Counted from the first letter of the stretch, positions 20,921-31,307 are shown. The stretch: 64,000 nt of DNA from an uncultured Candidatus Saccharibacteria bacterium (GCA_964650645.1 CAZYUH010000001.1:347032-411031); one strand, 5' to 3'. The notes: generated from the sequence alone by a model not told the origin. Made by a program: numbers and translations.

Positions 20921-22408
20921 ATGTCCAAGGCAAAGCGACTTTTCGCCTATCTCAACAGCTTTCCCCGCGCGTACAAGATAGGCGCCGCTCTCGCGCTTGT
21001 CGCCCTCGTGTCGGTCGCGCTCCACCTGAAGGGCGCTCCTTCCGCGCCCGACGCGCCCGAGAGCGCCGCTCGCGTGGAGCTGGCGTCGGTCGCGAGCCTT
21101 AGCAGCGAGGGCGGCCCCCTGCCGGTGACCGGCAAGGTCGAGTCGGTAAGCCAGGCCAGCATATCGGCGCTCAGCGGCGGCCAGATAACTTCGCTCCCGC
21201 GCGCGCTCGGCGACCGGGTCGCCGCGGGCTCCGTCATTGCGAGCTTCGAGAATTCGAGCCAGCGCGCCGCAGTCCTGCAGGCGCAGGGCTCGTACGATGC
21301 GGCGCTTGCCGGCCAGCGCGCCGTGTCGCCGGTCGATTCCGCCGCCGCGGCACGCACCGTCTTCAAGTCCGCCTACAGCACGCTCGACACGACGCTCCAT
21401 GCGAACGTCGACGCGTTCTTCGGCGGGCCTACGGCCTACGGCCCCAAGATACTCATACCGACCCCTATGTACGACTTCGCGGAGCTCTCCCGCGAGCGCA
21501 CGGCGATAAGCGAGAGCATGGACCGCTACCGCGACGCGCTTGACTCGGCCGACAGCGCCGACCCTGCCGCGCTCCTGGCGCAGGCGACCGCTGTTACCCA
21601 GCAGGTCTCGAACCTGCTTACCAAGCTCGGCGTCGCGGCGCAGGACCGCGAGTCGCGCGCCACGCAGGCCCAGCTTTCCGCGCTCGCCGCGGCGCGCTCG
21701 TCCGTCGGCGCGCTTTCCTCGACGCTCTCCGCCGCCACCCAGGCCTACCGCTCCTCAAGCGTCACCACCACCTCATCGACCGACGCGTCGGTCACCATCG
21801 CGCTGGGCGGCCTGCGTGCCGCGCAGGCCGCGCTCGAGAAGACCTACGTGCGCGCGCCCATTTCAGGCACCATCGTGAGCCTGCCCGTGCACCGCGGCGA
21901 CTTCATATCGCCCGGCGCCGTAGTCGCGGTCATATCGAACCCGGGCGCGCTCCAGGTCGAGTCCTACGTCACCGCCGCGGATGCCAAGACCCTCCAGGTG
22001 GGCGGTAAGGCGACCATAGACGGCGGCACGCCGGGCACTATCGTCTTCATCGCGCCCGCGCTCGACCCGCTCACCGGCAAGATACAGGTAAAGATAAGCC
22101 CCACGGGCGGCCAGGGCGCGCTCACCGACGGCAGCACGGTAGCGGTCATGCTCGACAGGGCGTCGGCGGGCAGGAAGGCTGCGGCGAAGGGCGCCCTTTC
22201 CATACCGATAGCCGCGGCAAAAATGACGCCGCAGGGCCCGGTCGTATTCACGGTCGCGTCGAGCACCCTTGTCGCGCATCCCGTAACGCTGGGCGACATA
22301 GCCGGCGGCCAGGTGGAAGTGACGCAGGGCCTTTCGTCCGACATGGATATCGTCGTGGACGCGCGCGGCCTCTCCGAAGGCCAGGAGGTCGTCGTGGGCG
22401 CCGAGTAA
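20921..22408 (+). CDS. RND efflux membrane-fusion (adaptor) protein
   Basis: N-terminal anchor, lipoyl halves (GDRVAAG; VRAPISGTI), long helical insert; promoter TTGACC-17-TATAGT at 20881-20909. Confidence 0.88.
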   Translation: MSKAKRLFAYLNSFPRAYKIGAALALVALVSVALHLKGAPSAPDAPESAARVELASVASLSSEGGPLPVTGKVESVSQASISALSGGQITSLPRALGDRVAAGSVIASFENSSQRAAVLQAQGSYDAALAGQRAVSPVDSAAAARTVFKSAYSTLDTTLHANVDAFFGGPTAYGPKILIPTPMYDFAELSRERTAISESMDRYRDALDSADSADPAALLAQATAVTQQVSNLLTKLGVAAQDRESRATQAQLSALAAARSSVGALSSTLSAATQAYRSSSVTTTSSTDASVTIALGGLRAAQAALEKTYVRAPISGTIVSLPVHRGDFISPGAVVAVISNPGALQVESYVTAADAKTLQVGGKATIDGGTPGTIVFIAPALDPLTGKIQVKISPTGGQGALTDGSTVAVMLDRASAGRKAAAKGALSIPIAAAKMTPQGPVVFTVASSTLVAHPVTLGDIAGGQVEVTQGLSSDMDIVVDARGLSEGQEVVVGAE

Positions 22409-22412
22409 CGCT

Positions 22413-25400
22413 ATGCTCTGGCTCTGGAATTTCTTCTTGGAGAAGCGCCAGCTCAGCTACGTGCTCGTGGCCGTCCTGCTCATAGCCGGCATCTACTCCG
22501 TCATCCGCATTCCCAAGGAGAACACGCCGCAGATAGACCTCGCGATAGCGGTCGTGACCGCGAGCCTTCCGGGCGCATCGGCGGAGGACATGGAGTCCCT
22601 CGTGACCAACAAGCTCGAAGCGCAGATATCGGGCGTCGCGAACATCGACACGCTCACTTCCAGCTCGGGCGACGGCATGTCGGCCATTACCGTGCAGTTC
22701 AACGCGCAGGCCGATACGGACCAGTCCATACAGGACCTGCGCGACGCAGTGTCGCGCGCGCGGGCGAACCTGCCCTCGGACGTCGAGGCGCCGCAGGTGA
22801 CCAAGCTCAACTTCAGCGACCAGCCCATCATCGCCGTCACCGTGTCGGGCCCGCTGCAGCCCATGGAGTTCTCGAAGCTCGGGACCGAGCTTCAGAACGA
22901 CCTGCTTAATGTCACGGGCGTATCCCAGGTGCAGGTCGCCGGCGTGCCGGAGCGCCAGGTCAGCGTCATCGTGCGCCGCGGGGCGCTCGAGCAATACGGG
23001 CTGAGCGTCACGCAGGTCATCCAGGCCATTTCCAGCAGCAACGCGGCCCTGCCCGCGGGGCGCATCTCCATGGACGGCGTGAGCTACAACGTCAACTTCA
23101 AGGGCGGCCTTGAGGACCCGAGCGAGATCCGCGACATAGCGGTTTCAAGCAAGAGCGGCGTCCCGGTCTACCTGCGCGACATAGCGGATATCGTGGACGG
23201 CCTCGCCCCTGCCACGACCTACTCGCGCGTCTCCGTGGGCGGCAAGCCGAGCACGGAGGCGATAACGCTCCTCATTTACAAGCAGTCCTCGGCGGACATA
23301 CAGGAAACCGCTCAGAAGGTCGCCGCCCGCCTCCACGAGCTCCAGGGGACGACGCTCAGCGGGCTCGAGGTGTTCGTGCCGCCCTCGACCGACCAGGGCG
23401 TGCAGATAAGCAAGCAGCTCGGCGACCTCACCGAGACCGGGCTTGTCACGGTCGTGCTCGTCATACTCGTGCTCCTGCTGACCATCGGCTGGCGCGAGTC
23501 GGTCGTCGCGGGGCTCGCCATACCGCTCTCGTTCCTCATCGCGTTCATCGGCCTGTACTTCACCGGCAACACCCTCAACTTCATAAGCCTCTTCGCGCTC
23601 ATACTTGCCGTGGGCATATTGGTGGATTCCGGCATCGTCGTCACCGAGGCGATACATGCGCGCATAGGCGCCCGGAAGAGCCCGGATGATGCCGCGCGCG
23701 CCGCCCTGCGCGACTACGCCTGGCCGCTCATTGCGGGCACCATGGCGACGGTCGCGGTGTTCGCGCCGCTCTTCTTCCTGACCGGCATCATCGGCAAGTT
23801 CATATCGGGCATCCCGTACACGCTCATATTCGTGCTCATGGCGTCCATATTCGTGGCGCTCGGCATCGTCCCGCTCATCGCGGTGCTGTTCACCAAGGGC
23901 GCGCCCAACCGCTTCGAGAGGATGCAGGAGGAATATACGAGCGCGGTTACGGAGTGGTATACCCGCAAGCTGCGCATCGTGCTCGAGCGCCGCCGCCAGC
24001 AGAACCTGCTCCTCGCGGCCCTTTTCGTCGGCATGCTGGCGTCGTTCGCCTTGCCGGCGCTGGGCTTCGTGTCGGCGACGTTCTTCCCGGTAGCCGACGA
24101 GGACTACATCTACCTCAACCTGCAGAAGCCGCAGGGCACCGTGCTGGAGGCCACCGACCTCGCCGTGCGCGAGGTCGAGGAGATCCTCTACGAGGACGAG
24201 GACATCGCGTCGTTCCAGACGACGGTAGGGCAGAGCTCGGCGCTTTCTGGCGAGAGCAGCGCGGGCTCAAACCAGGCCAACATCACGCTCAATCTGCCGG
24301 AAGACCGCCGCAAGACCAGCACCGAAATAGCCGCAGAGCTCCAGAACAGGCTCGCATCGGTCAAGGGCGCCGATATCCAGGTGCTGCAGGCCTCCAACGG
24401 CCCGCCCTCTGGCGCGCCCATCTACATCAGGTTCCTGGGCGACGATCTGGGCGACCTCATTACCGCCGCCGAGGCCGGCAAGCGCCTCCTCTCTTCCATG
24501 CCCAACGTCACCAACATCACCGCCTCGACGCAGAGCAACGGCACCGAGTTCAACCTGGCGATAGACCGCGCGAAGGCGGCGAGCCTCGGACTCAATACGA
24601 GCGCGGTCGCCCAGACGCTTCGCGCCGCGGTAAACGGCACCAAGGCCACGAGCATCACCCAGGACAAGGAGAACATCGACGTCGTAGTGAAGCTCGACCT
24701 CAACCCGGCGTACACCGGTCCCGGCGACACGGCGCAGACGACGATAGACAGCATCAAGAATTTGTCGATGCAGAACGCCTCGGGCGATACGGTCCTCCTG
24801 GGCTCCGTCCTGCAGGATTCGCTGGCGCTCTCTTCGGCCGCCATAGCCCACGAGGAGAAGGAGCGCGTGCAGACCGTCGGCGCATACCCGACGGCCGGCA
24901 CCGCCGCGACCGCCGTCGTGGCAGAATTCCAGAAGAGGACGGGGGAGCTCAACCTGCCCGAGGGCGTCAGGATATCGTACGGGGGCGAATCCGAGAGCAT
25001 CAACGAGTCGTTCACCCAGATGTTCGTGGCGCTCATCGCGGGGCTTGTCTTCATGTTCCTCATCCTCGTCGTCTCGTTCAATTCCGTGCGCTACACGCTC
25101 TACCTCCTCTACATCGTGCCTCTCTCGCTCATCGGCGTCCTGGGCGGGCTCGCGCTCACCGGCCAGTCGCTGTCGTTCACGTCGCTGTTGGGGATCATCG
25201 GGCTCGGCGGCGTCATCATCAACCACGCCATCATCCTCATGGACTCGCTCATACACAACCTGCGCGCGCATCCCGAGAAGCCGCTCATCGACATCGTAAT
25301 CGAGTCGTCCGAGACCCGCTTCCGCCCCATCATGCTCACGACTATTACCACGGTGATCGGCATGATCCCGCTCGCGCTCTCGAACCCTACCTGGGGCCCG

Positions 25401-25505
25401 TTCGCCTTTACCGTGATGTTCGGGCTTATGTTCGCCATCTGCCTCACGCTCGTGGTGGTGCCGGTGCTGTTCTACCGCGCCCCGCACAAGGAGCGCGCGC
25501 AATAA
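22413..25505 (+). CDS. RND efflux permease (AcrB family)
   Basis: 1030 aa; PGASAEDMESLVT, AVGILVDSGIVVTE, TRFRPIMLTTITT. Confidence 0.95.
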   Translation: MLWLWNFFLEKRQLSYVLVAVLLIAGIYSVIRIPKENTPQIDLAIAVVTASLPGASAEDMESLVTNKLEAQISGVANIDTLTSSSGDGMSAITVQFNAQADTDQSIQDLRDAVSRARANLPSDVEAPQVTKLNFSDQPIIAVTVSGPLQPMEFSKLGTELQNDLLNVTGVSQVQVAGVPERQVSVIVRRGALEQYGLSVTQVIQAISSSNAALPAGRISMDGVSYNVNFKGGLEDPSEIRDIAVSSKSGVPVYLRDIADIVDGLAPATTYSRVSVGGKPSTEAITLLIYKQSSADIQETAQKVAARLHELQGTTLSGLEVFVPPSTDQGVQISKQLGDLTETGLVTVVLVILVLLLTIGWRESVVAGLAIPLSFLIAFIGLYFTGNTLNFISLFALILAVGILVDSGIVVTEAIHARIGARKSPDDAARAALRDYAWPLIAGTMATVAVFAPLFFLTGIIGKFISGIPYTLIFVLMASIFVALGIVPLIAVLFTKGAPNRFERMQEEYTSAVTEWYTRKLRIVLERRRQQNLLLAALFVGMLASFALPALGFVSATFFPVADEDYIYLNLQKPQGTVLEATDLAVREVEEILYEDEDIASFQTTVGQSSALSGESSAGSNQANITLNLPEDRRKTSTEIAAELQNRLASVKGADIQVLQASNGPPSGAPIYIRFLGDDLGDLITAAEAGKRLLSSMPNVTNITASTQSNGTEFNLAIDRAKAASLGLNTSAVAQTLRAAVNGTKATSITQDKENIDVVVKLDLNPAYTGPGDTAQTTIDSIKNLSMQNASGDTVLLGSVLQDSLALSSAAIAHEEKERVQTVGAYPTAGTAATAVVAEFQKRTGELNLPEGVRISYGGESESINESFTQMFVALIAGLVFMFLILVVSFNSVRYTLYLLYIVPLSLIGVLGGLALTGQSLSFTSLLGIIGLGGVIINHAIILMDSLIHNLRAHPEKPLIDIVIESSETRFRPIMLTTITTVIGMIPLALSNPTWGPFAFTVMFGLMFAICLTLVVVPVLFYRAPHKERAQ

Positions 25506-25526
25506 TAAAGGGCCCCATTTCCGCTT

Positions 25527-26273
25527 ATGGCAGCAAAGAAACCCGCAAAACTCTACATATACGGCAGGCATTCCGTGGCGGAGGCTCTTCGGCACGCGCC
25601 GCGGTCGGTGCGCGCGCTCTACCTGGAGGAGCCGGGGGATAAGGGTTTGCACGAACTGGCCCGCGCCGCAGGCATCAAGGCCATTCCCCTTGATATGCGC
25701 CGCGTCACCTCGATGGTCGAGGGCCAAGCGGCCCACCAGGGCGCAGTGGCGCTCATCGGCGGCCCCGAGCTCCTGCTTGATGCGGAGCGGTTCGTGGAAT
25801 CGTTCACGCCCGCTCCCGAAAGCGTGCTCGTGTTCCTAAGCGGGGTGCAGGACCCTCACAACGTCGGCGCCATACTCCGCTCGGCGGCCGCGTTCGGCGC
25901 CGCGGCGGTGCTCCTTCCCGTGCACAAGCAGTCGCCCGTAACCGCCGCGGTCATACGCTCGTCGGCCGGCATGGCGTTCCAGGTTCCGCTGGTCGGCGTC
26001 GCCAACCCGCAGCAGACCATTGCCGCGCTCAGGAAAAAGGGCGTGCGCGTGCTGGGGCTTGCCGCCGACGGCAGCGTGCGGCTCGAGCAGGAGCCGTTCA
26101 AGGAGCCTGTCATGCTCGTGTTCGGCAACGAAGCGGAGGGCGTTGCCCCGTATGCCCGCGCGCTGTGCGACGCGATGCTTTCCATAGATATCGAGCCTGA
26201 GGCCGAGTCGCTTAACGTGGCGGCAAGCGCCGCGGTCGCCTTGTATGCGGCGCGCCGGCGCAGGGGCGCTTAG
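25527..26273 (+). CDS. rlmB: 23S rRNA 2'-O-methyltransferase, TrmH/SpoU family
   Basis: IYGRHSV.EAL, HQG, VQDPHNVGAILRSA, FGNEAEG, ESLNVAAS. Confidence 0.85.
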   Translation: MAAKKPAKLYIYGRHSVAEALRHAPRSVRALYLEEPGDKGLHELARAAGIKAIPLDMRRVTSMVEGQAAHQGAVALIGGPELLLDAERFVESFTPAPESVLVFLSGVQDPHNVGAILRSAAAFGAAAVLLPVHKQSPVTAAVIRSSAGMAFQVPLVGVANPQQTIAALRKKGVRVLGLAADGSVRLEQEPFKEPVMLVFGNEAEGVAPYARALCDAMLSIDIEPEAESLNVAASAAVALYAARRRRGA

Positions 26274-26304
26274 AATGCCCGGTTTCGCGCATACTCTCCC
26301 TGCC

Positions 26305-26523
26305 ATGGCGCATCCTTTTTCAAGACTATTCGACGCGGCGCTCCGCAAAAGCACGCCCATGGACAACCGGGTGCTCAAGGAGGCCGAGCTCCTGCGCGCA
26401 AAGGGGTACGGGGCAGGGGAGATCCATGCGGTCCTCTTGAAGATGCAGAAGGGGCTGGTGCGCGATGAGGAGTACGAGATCGCGCGGGAGGCGGCGGAGG
26501 AAATGAGCCGGTATCTGGAGTAG
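26305..26523 (+). CDS. Small hypothetical helical protein
   Basis: 72-aa ORF with host-like codon usage filling the gap before tRNA-Leu. Confidence 0.65.
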   Translation: MAHPFSRLFDAALRKSTPMDNRVLKEAELLRAKGYGAGEIHAVLLKMQKGLVRDEEYEIAREAAEEMSRYLE

Positions 26524-26580
26524 AGCGCCCTGCCGGCGCCATTCTCTAAGGCGGGTATTTTTGCTATAGTGCACCTTGCC

Positions 26581-26662
26581 GGTCACGTGGCGGAATTGGT
26601 ATACGCGTACGTCTCAGAAGCGTATGGGGCAACCCGTGGGAGTTCAAGTCTCCCCGTGACCA
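26581..26662 (+). tRNA. trnL: tRNA-Leu (CAG), CCA not encoded
   Basis: Acceptor GGTCACG/CGTGACC; anticodon arm TACGT-CTCAGAA-GCGTA; long variable arm; terminator at 26672-26697. Confidence 0.95.
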
Positions 26663-26807
26663 CAAGGACTCAAAAAGGCGGCCTTTGGCCGCCTTTTGCG
26701 GTTCACGGGCTTGCGCTTGACACAAGTTATTTTATGCGTTAGGGTGCCGTATCGTCTGGCTACGCTTCAGCGGGGCTTCAGGGGTGAAGGGTTAACGTAA
26801 ACGCCAC

Positions 26808-27434
26808 ATGGAATCCATTTTTTCTGTATCCGCAAAAGTCCTCGAAGGCGTACGCCGCGACATGCGCGTGCGCTGGGGGCTGGGAGCCGGCGCTTCGGTG
26901 CTCCTGAGCGCGGGAGTGCTCGGTTTGGGCGGCTCGCTTACGCCGGAATTCCTGCACGCCTCGGCGGCCCGGCGCTCGCTCATTCCCCAGGAGCGCATCG
27001 AGGCGCAGAGCCTCGAGGTGGTCGATATGTCCACCTCGACCGTATTCCAGGTCATAGGGTCCCTGCGCGAGACTGAGCGATTCGAGCTCATGCTCTACAA
27101 CAGCGGCGCCGACGAGGCCCTCAAGCGCCTCGGCACCTACACCGTCTTCGTGCCGTCCTCGGCCGACTTCGATTACCTTCCCAAGCGCTACATCGCGGGA
27201 CTGTCGCGCGCCGAAGCCAAGCATCTCGCGCTCGGCCATATCGTCCCGCGCGCCCTCCCGATGGAAGAGGCGCTCAGCGGCAGGGTCATAACGCTCGGCG
27301 GCACCGCCGCGAGCTTCGATGTCGACGAGTCGGCGAAGGCCGCGACCGTTGACGGCGCCCAGGTGCTCAGGGCGTACAAGGCATCCAACGGCTACGTCTA
27401 CGTCATAAACAAGGTGCTCGCCGATACCGAATAG
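26808..27434 (+). CDS. Fasciclin (FAS1) domain protein
   Basis: GTYTVFVPSSADF (H1), GHIV, ASNGYVYVINKVL (H2); N-terminal hydrophobic segment. Confidence 0.88.
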   Translation: MESIFSVSAKVLEGVRRDMRVRWGLGAGASVLLSAGVLGLGGSLTPEFLHASAARRSLIPQERIEAQSLEVVDMSTSTVFQVIGSLRETERFELMLYNSGADEALKRLGTYTVFVPSSADFDYLPKRYIAGLSRAEAKHLALGHIVPRALPMEEALSGRVITLGGTAASFDVDESAKAATVDGAQVLRAYKASNGYVYVINKVLADTE

Positions 27435-27435
27435 C

Positions 27436-27466
27436 AAAAAACTCCCGGGATATCCCGGGAGTTTTT
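27436..27466. terminator. Bidirectional terminator between convergent genes
   Basis: AAAAACTCCCGGGA-ta-TCCCGGGAGTTTTT. Confidence 0.85.
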
Positions 27467-27469
27467 CTG

Positions 27470-28216
27470 TCATTCCTTCTTGAACCCCTCGAGCGCCTTG
27501 AGCAGCTCCATCGGCACGGCGAACACGATGGTGTTGGACTGGTCGCTCGATATGTCGTTTATGCTCTGGAGCGTGCGCAAATGGAGCGCGCCCGGCGTTG
27601 CCGACAGCGTGCGGGCCGCGTCGGCCATGTTCTGGGCCGCTGCAAGCTCGCCTTCGGAGGTGATGATGACCGCGCGCTTCTCGCGCTCGGCCTCGGCCTG
27701 CTTGGCGATGGTGCGCTCCATGGTCTCGGGAAGGGAGACGTCCTTGAGCTCCACGTTGTGGACCTTCAGCCCCCATGCGTCGGTCTCCTTGTCGACTATC
27801 TCGCGGATGCGGTCCGCTATCTTGTCGCGGCTCCCCAGGAGCTCGTCGAGCGTCACCTCGCCCACGATGTTGCGCATGGTGGTCTGCGCGTACTGCGATA
27901 TCGCGTACATGAAGTCCTCTATCTGCAGTATCGCGAGCTCGGCCGAGAATACGCTATAGTAGATGACGGCGTTGACGTTGACCGACACGTTGTCGCGGGT
28001 AATGGCCTTCTGATCGGGCACGTCGACGGCCTTGAGCCGCATGTCTACCTTTTTATAGAACTGGATGACGGGCCACACGAGCCGCCAGCCGGGCTCCATT
28101 ATTCCGCTGAATTTTCCCAGGGTGAAGCGCACGCCGCGCTCGTACTGGTTGACCTGCCTGATGGAGACGAGCACGAGAAGCGCCGCTGCGCCCAGAACAA
28201 TCCATAGAATATCCAT
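27470..28216 (-). CDS. SPFH/stomatin (slipin) family protein
   Basis: QYERGVRFTLG, ITRDNVSV, AQTTMRN, KQAEAEREKRA, LRTLQ. Confidence 0.93.
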   Translation of the reverse strand: MDILWIVLGAAALLVLVSIRQVNQYERGVRFTLGKFSGIMEPGWRLVWPVIQFYKKVDMRLKAVDVPDQKAITRDNVSVNVNAVIYYSVFSAELAILQIEDFMYAISQYAQTTMRNIVGEVTLDELLGSRDKIADRIREIVDKETDAWGLKVHNVELKDVSLPETMERTIAKQAEAEREKRAVIITSEGELAAAQNMADAARTLSATPGALHLRTLQSINDISSDQSNTIVFAVPMELLKALEGFKKE

Positions 28217-28279
28217 AGGAGTGAAAGTTAACGGGTAATCCTGCGGCCAGTATAGAAGAGCGGGGGAGTTATGCAATGG

Positions 28280-28973
28280 CTATTCTTCCCGGCTTTTTTC
28301 CTTAAGCAGGCGCAGGTCGCGCGACCATATGCTGCTATCGTGCCATTCGAGGGGCTCGAAGTTCGTTTTATACAGCGCCTTCTGCCCGTATACGGTGCCC
28401 AGGTAGCAGCGTGAGTATCCGCTGTCCTTTGCGTCGCGGATGCAGTCGAGCATGAGCCACAGTCCGAGCGATTGCTGAGCGAAGGAGAGGTCGTAGGCTG
28501 AGTACCAGTAGTGGCGCATCGCGCCCGACTCTACTTCAAGCACGTAGCCCACAACGGATGCGTCCTTGCGGTATTCGATAACGGTCGTTATGAGCCCGCT
28601 TGCGAGCAGGAGCTCGAGGCGCTCGCGCGGCATTACATTGACTCCATGGCGCCGGGCGAAGTAGCCGAGCACGAATGCGTAAAGCTCGTCGCCGGCCGCG
28701 AACCCGTGCGCGGGCATGCGACGCATTCGCAAATGCGCCGTCGAATTTCCGGGCGATGCGGCGGTTCTCGCTCGTCATTGCGAATTCCTGCAATACTACG
28801 CGCGCCGAACGCGCGCTGTAAAAGATGTTGCACACGTCCTTTGAGCTTGAGTAGGGGAGATAGCCGGCGTCATAGAGGCTTTCAAGGGGCTCGCCTTCGC
28901 GTGCGATGAACTGCGTATCGGCCCGCGCTATGTAGGAATCGAAATCAGGCTTCGGCGGCGCTATTGCCTTCAT
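28280..28973 (-). pseudogene. ATE1/Bpt-like aminoacyl-tRNA transferase split by a +1 frameshift near 28727
   Basis: Span is 694 nt (231 codons + 1). N-terminal part SLYDAGYL...RSARV...SENRRIARK; C-terminal part WYSAYD...SLGLWLMLDCIRDAK..GYSRCYLG...ALYKTNFEPLE resembles ATE_C. Confidence 0.7.
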
Positions 28974-30382
28974 CGATTCAATGGGAACTTCTCCTCGACT
29001 GCGGGCGGCAGGGACTTTATAAGCCCGCCGAGCTCGCCGGAGGTTAAGAGGAGTATGGCGTCGTTTTCTTCCGTGTCGGCGAGTATCGCCTCGAGGTCGC
29101 CAGTCCCGCTGAGCGCCACGGTGTCCATGCCGGTCGCGCGCACGCGCTCCAGTATCTCGTCCTGGGTCAGCTGGGCATGCGTTGCCGCGCCCTGGGCCGC
29201 GGGCTCGTATATGTAGACGCGGTCCGCGCCGTCGAACGCCTGGTCGTACTGGGCGAGCGCCGCGCGGTTGCGCCAGGTAAAGGTGTGCGGCTCGAACACC
29301 ACAACGAGCCGGCGGGCCGGGAAATGGAGGCGCATGCCGGCTATGGCGCTCTTTGCCTTCTCGAGGCTCGAGCCGAAGCCTTCGAGTACCGGCACTGACG
29401 AGCCGGGGGTGAGCAGCTCCATGCGGCGCTTCACGCCCTCGAACGTTGCCACTCCTGCCGCAAGCTCTTCGGGCGCGAGCAGGTGCTTTGCCAAGAGCAT
29501 CGCGCTGATGCCGACGATGTTCTCGATGTTGTGCGCGCCCAGCAGCTTTGTGGAAAGCGCGGCGATCTTCTTGCCCTTGTGCATCAGGTCGAACGTCGTC
29601 GGCAGGCCGTACGCGATGTTCGCCGCGTGCCATTCGTTGCGCGGGGCGAGGCCGTATTCGACCCGCATGCCGCCGAACTCCTCTGCAAGCGCTCGCGCGT
29701 GCGGCTCGTCGTTGACGACCAGTGTGCCGTCTGCGGGAAGCATGCCGACCAGCTGCCTGAACGGCTTGAGGTAATCCTCGTGGGCGGGGTAGACGTTCAC
29801 ATGGTCGTGCGTCGCCGAGGTAAGCAGGACGTTGCGGGGGTTGTAACGCAGGAACTTGGAGCGCTCGTCCCAGTTGGCCGAAGGGTACTCGTCGCCCTCA
29901 AGGACGAACGCATCGCCCTTTCCGAGCTTGGCGTGGGCCTCGAAGCCTTTCGTAATCTCGCCCACGAAGTAGCTCGGGTCCTTGCCTGCGCGCATGAGGC
30001 ACCACGCCAAGAGCGCCGTGCACGTGGACTTGCCGTAACTGCCTGCAACGACCAGCGTCTCTTTGCCGCTTGAAAGTTCTTCCAAGAGGTCCGGGAACGA
30101 CTTGACCGGAATGCCGGAGTCGAGCGCTGCTTTTACTTCCTCGTTGGTTTCGGGCACGAGCTTGGCGTTCTTGCCGATTATGATGACGTCCGCATCCGCC
30201 GGGATGTTCTCTTTCCTGTAGCCGTGCGCGAACGTAATGCGCGCGTCCGCCAGGTAGTCCGATACCGGAGGGTAAAAACCCTCGTCGGAGCCGGATATGC
30301 CATAGCCGGCCTCGCGCAAAAGGAGGGCAACGGCCGACATGCCCTTGCCGGCTATTCCTATGAAATGGGCCTTCTTGCTCAT
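28970..30382 (-). CDS. mpl: Mur ligase, Mpl/MurC type
   Basis: HFIGIAGKGMSAVA, GSDEGFYPPVS (Mpl-like), AGSYGKST, LEGDEY, HDH, FEGVKRRME, VFEPHT. Confidence 0.75.
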   Translation of the reverse strand: MSKKAHFIGIAGKGMSAVALLLREAGYGISGSDEGFYPPVSDYLADARITFAHGYRKENIPADADVIIIGKNAKLVPETNEEVKAALDSGIPVKSFPDLLEELSSGKETLVVAGSYGKSTCTALLAWCLMRAGKDPSYFVGEITKGFEAHAKLGKGDAFVLEGDEYPSANWDERSKFLRYNPRNVLLTSATHDHVNVYPAHEDYLKPFRQLVGMLPADGTLVVNDEPHARALAEEFGGMRVEYGLAPRNEWHAANIAYGLPTTFDLMHKGKKIAALSTKLLGAHNIENIVGISAMLLAKHLLAPEELAAGVATFEGVKRRMELLTPGSSVPVLEGFGSSLEKAKSAIAGMRLHFPARRLVVVFEPHTFTWRNRAALAQYDQAFDGADRVYIYEPAAQGAATHAQLTQDEILERVRATGMDTVALSGTGDLEAILADTEENDAILLLTSGELGGLIKSLPPAVEEKFPLNR

Positions 30383-30386
30383 GGGC

Positions 30387-31307
30387 TTATGATAGCAAAG
30401 TCAGGAGCTGCCGGTACGCGGGGTCCTGCCCGTGCAGGACCCCGTGGTGCTTTGCGCGGAGCTTTTCGGTCAGCGGCCCCATGCTTCCCGAGCCTACCGG
30501 GCGCCTGTCTATCTCTATGACGGGGGCTACGAACGCCGAGGTGCCGCAGGCGAAGGCCTCGTCGGCCACATACAGCTCGGAGACATCTATCGTTCGCTCT
30601 TCAACCCTGATTCCCATGTCGCGCGCGAGCTCGATAACGGTGGCGCGGTTTATGCCTTCTAAAATGTCGCTCGAGCTGCCGGGCGTAATGAGCGTGCCGC
30701 CGCGCACGATGAACAGGTTGGCGGCGCTCAGCTCGCAGACGTGGTTCTGCGCATCAAGCAGAATGCAGTCGTCATAGCCCGAGTCGAGCGCGTCCTGCTT
30801 GGCCAAGACCGAGTTGACGTAGCCGCCGTTTACCTTGGCGCGCGAGGGGATGGACGCGTCGGGAGTGCGCCGCCACATGCTGGTCTTGAGCCGCGCGCCC
30901 GCCTGCGGCACGATGGGCGCAGCCTCGTATATGAACATGCTGAGCGTCGCGGAAAGCCCGCGCGAGCGCGTGCCCGGCACCAGGTCGGTCACATGCACCG
31001 TGGCGCGCACGAACACGTCTTCTTTTATATCGTTTGCGGCGACGAGCTCGCGCGCGGCGGCGGAAAACGCCTCCTCGCTCCACGTGGGCGCGAACGCGTC
31101 GATGCCGATGATGCGGCAGGAGTTGAGCAGGCGCCGGTAGTGGTCCTTAATCCTGAAGGCCGCGAGCCCCTCCGGAGTAACGCAGACAGGGAATACCGTG
31201 TAGACGCTGAGCCCGTAGAGCACAGCCGAGCTCGCGATGCTCACCGTCGCCTCGCTTATGGGCACGATGCCGTCTTTGAAGAACGCTTGGTCGCAGACTT
31301 TTGCCAT
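30387..31307 (-). CDS. PLP fold-type IV aminotransferase (BCAT/D-amino-acid transaminase family)
   Basis: HYRRL, RAKVNGGYVNS, ELSAANLF, ILEGINR, ADEAFACGT. Confidence 0.88.
   Translation of the reverse strand: MAKVCDQAFFKDGIVPISEATVSIASSAVLYGLSVYTVFPVCVTPEGLAAFRIKDHYRRLLNSCRIIGIDAFAPTWSEEAFSAAARELVAANDIKEDVFVRATVHVTDLVPGTRSRGLSATLSMFIYEAAPIVPQAGARLKTSMWRRTPDASIPSRAKVNGGYVNSVLAKQDALDSGYDDCILLDAQNHVCELSAANLFIVRGGTLITPGSSSDILEGINRATVIELARDMGIRVEERTIDVSELYVADEAFACGTSAFVAPVIEIDRRPVGSGSMGPLTEKLRAKHHGVLHGQDPAYRQLLTLLS

Noticed and set aside
20921-25505. RND pump without a TolC gene
   Set aside because: Expected in an organism without an outer membrane; common arrangement
14079-25736. Long antisense and alternate-frame ORFs (e.g. 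14079-15599, 23954-25642, 24267-25736; also 8791-10266 and 37027-38724)
   Set aside because: Shadows of GC3-rich real genes; Arg/Ala/Gly-rich with no family motifs
26581-27434. Genomic island integrated at tRNA-Leu
   Set aside because: No integrase, no duplicated tRNA 3' end seen, and neighbours have host-like codon usage
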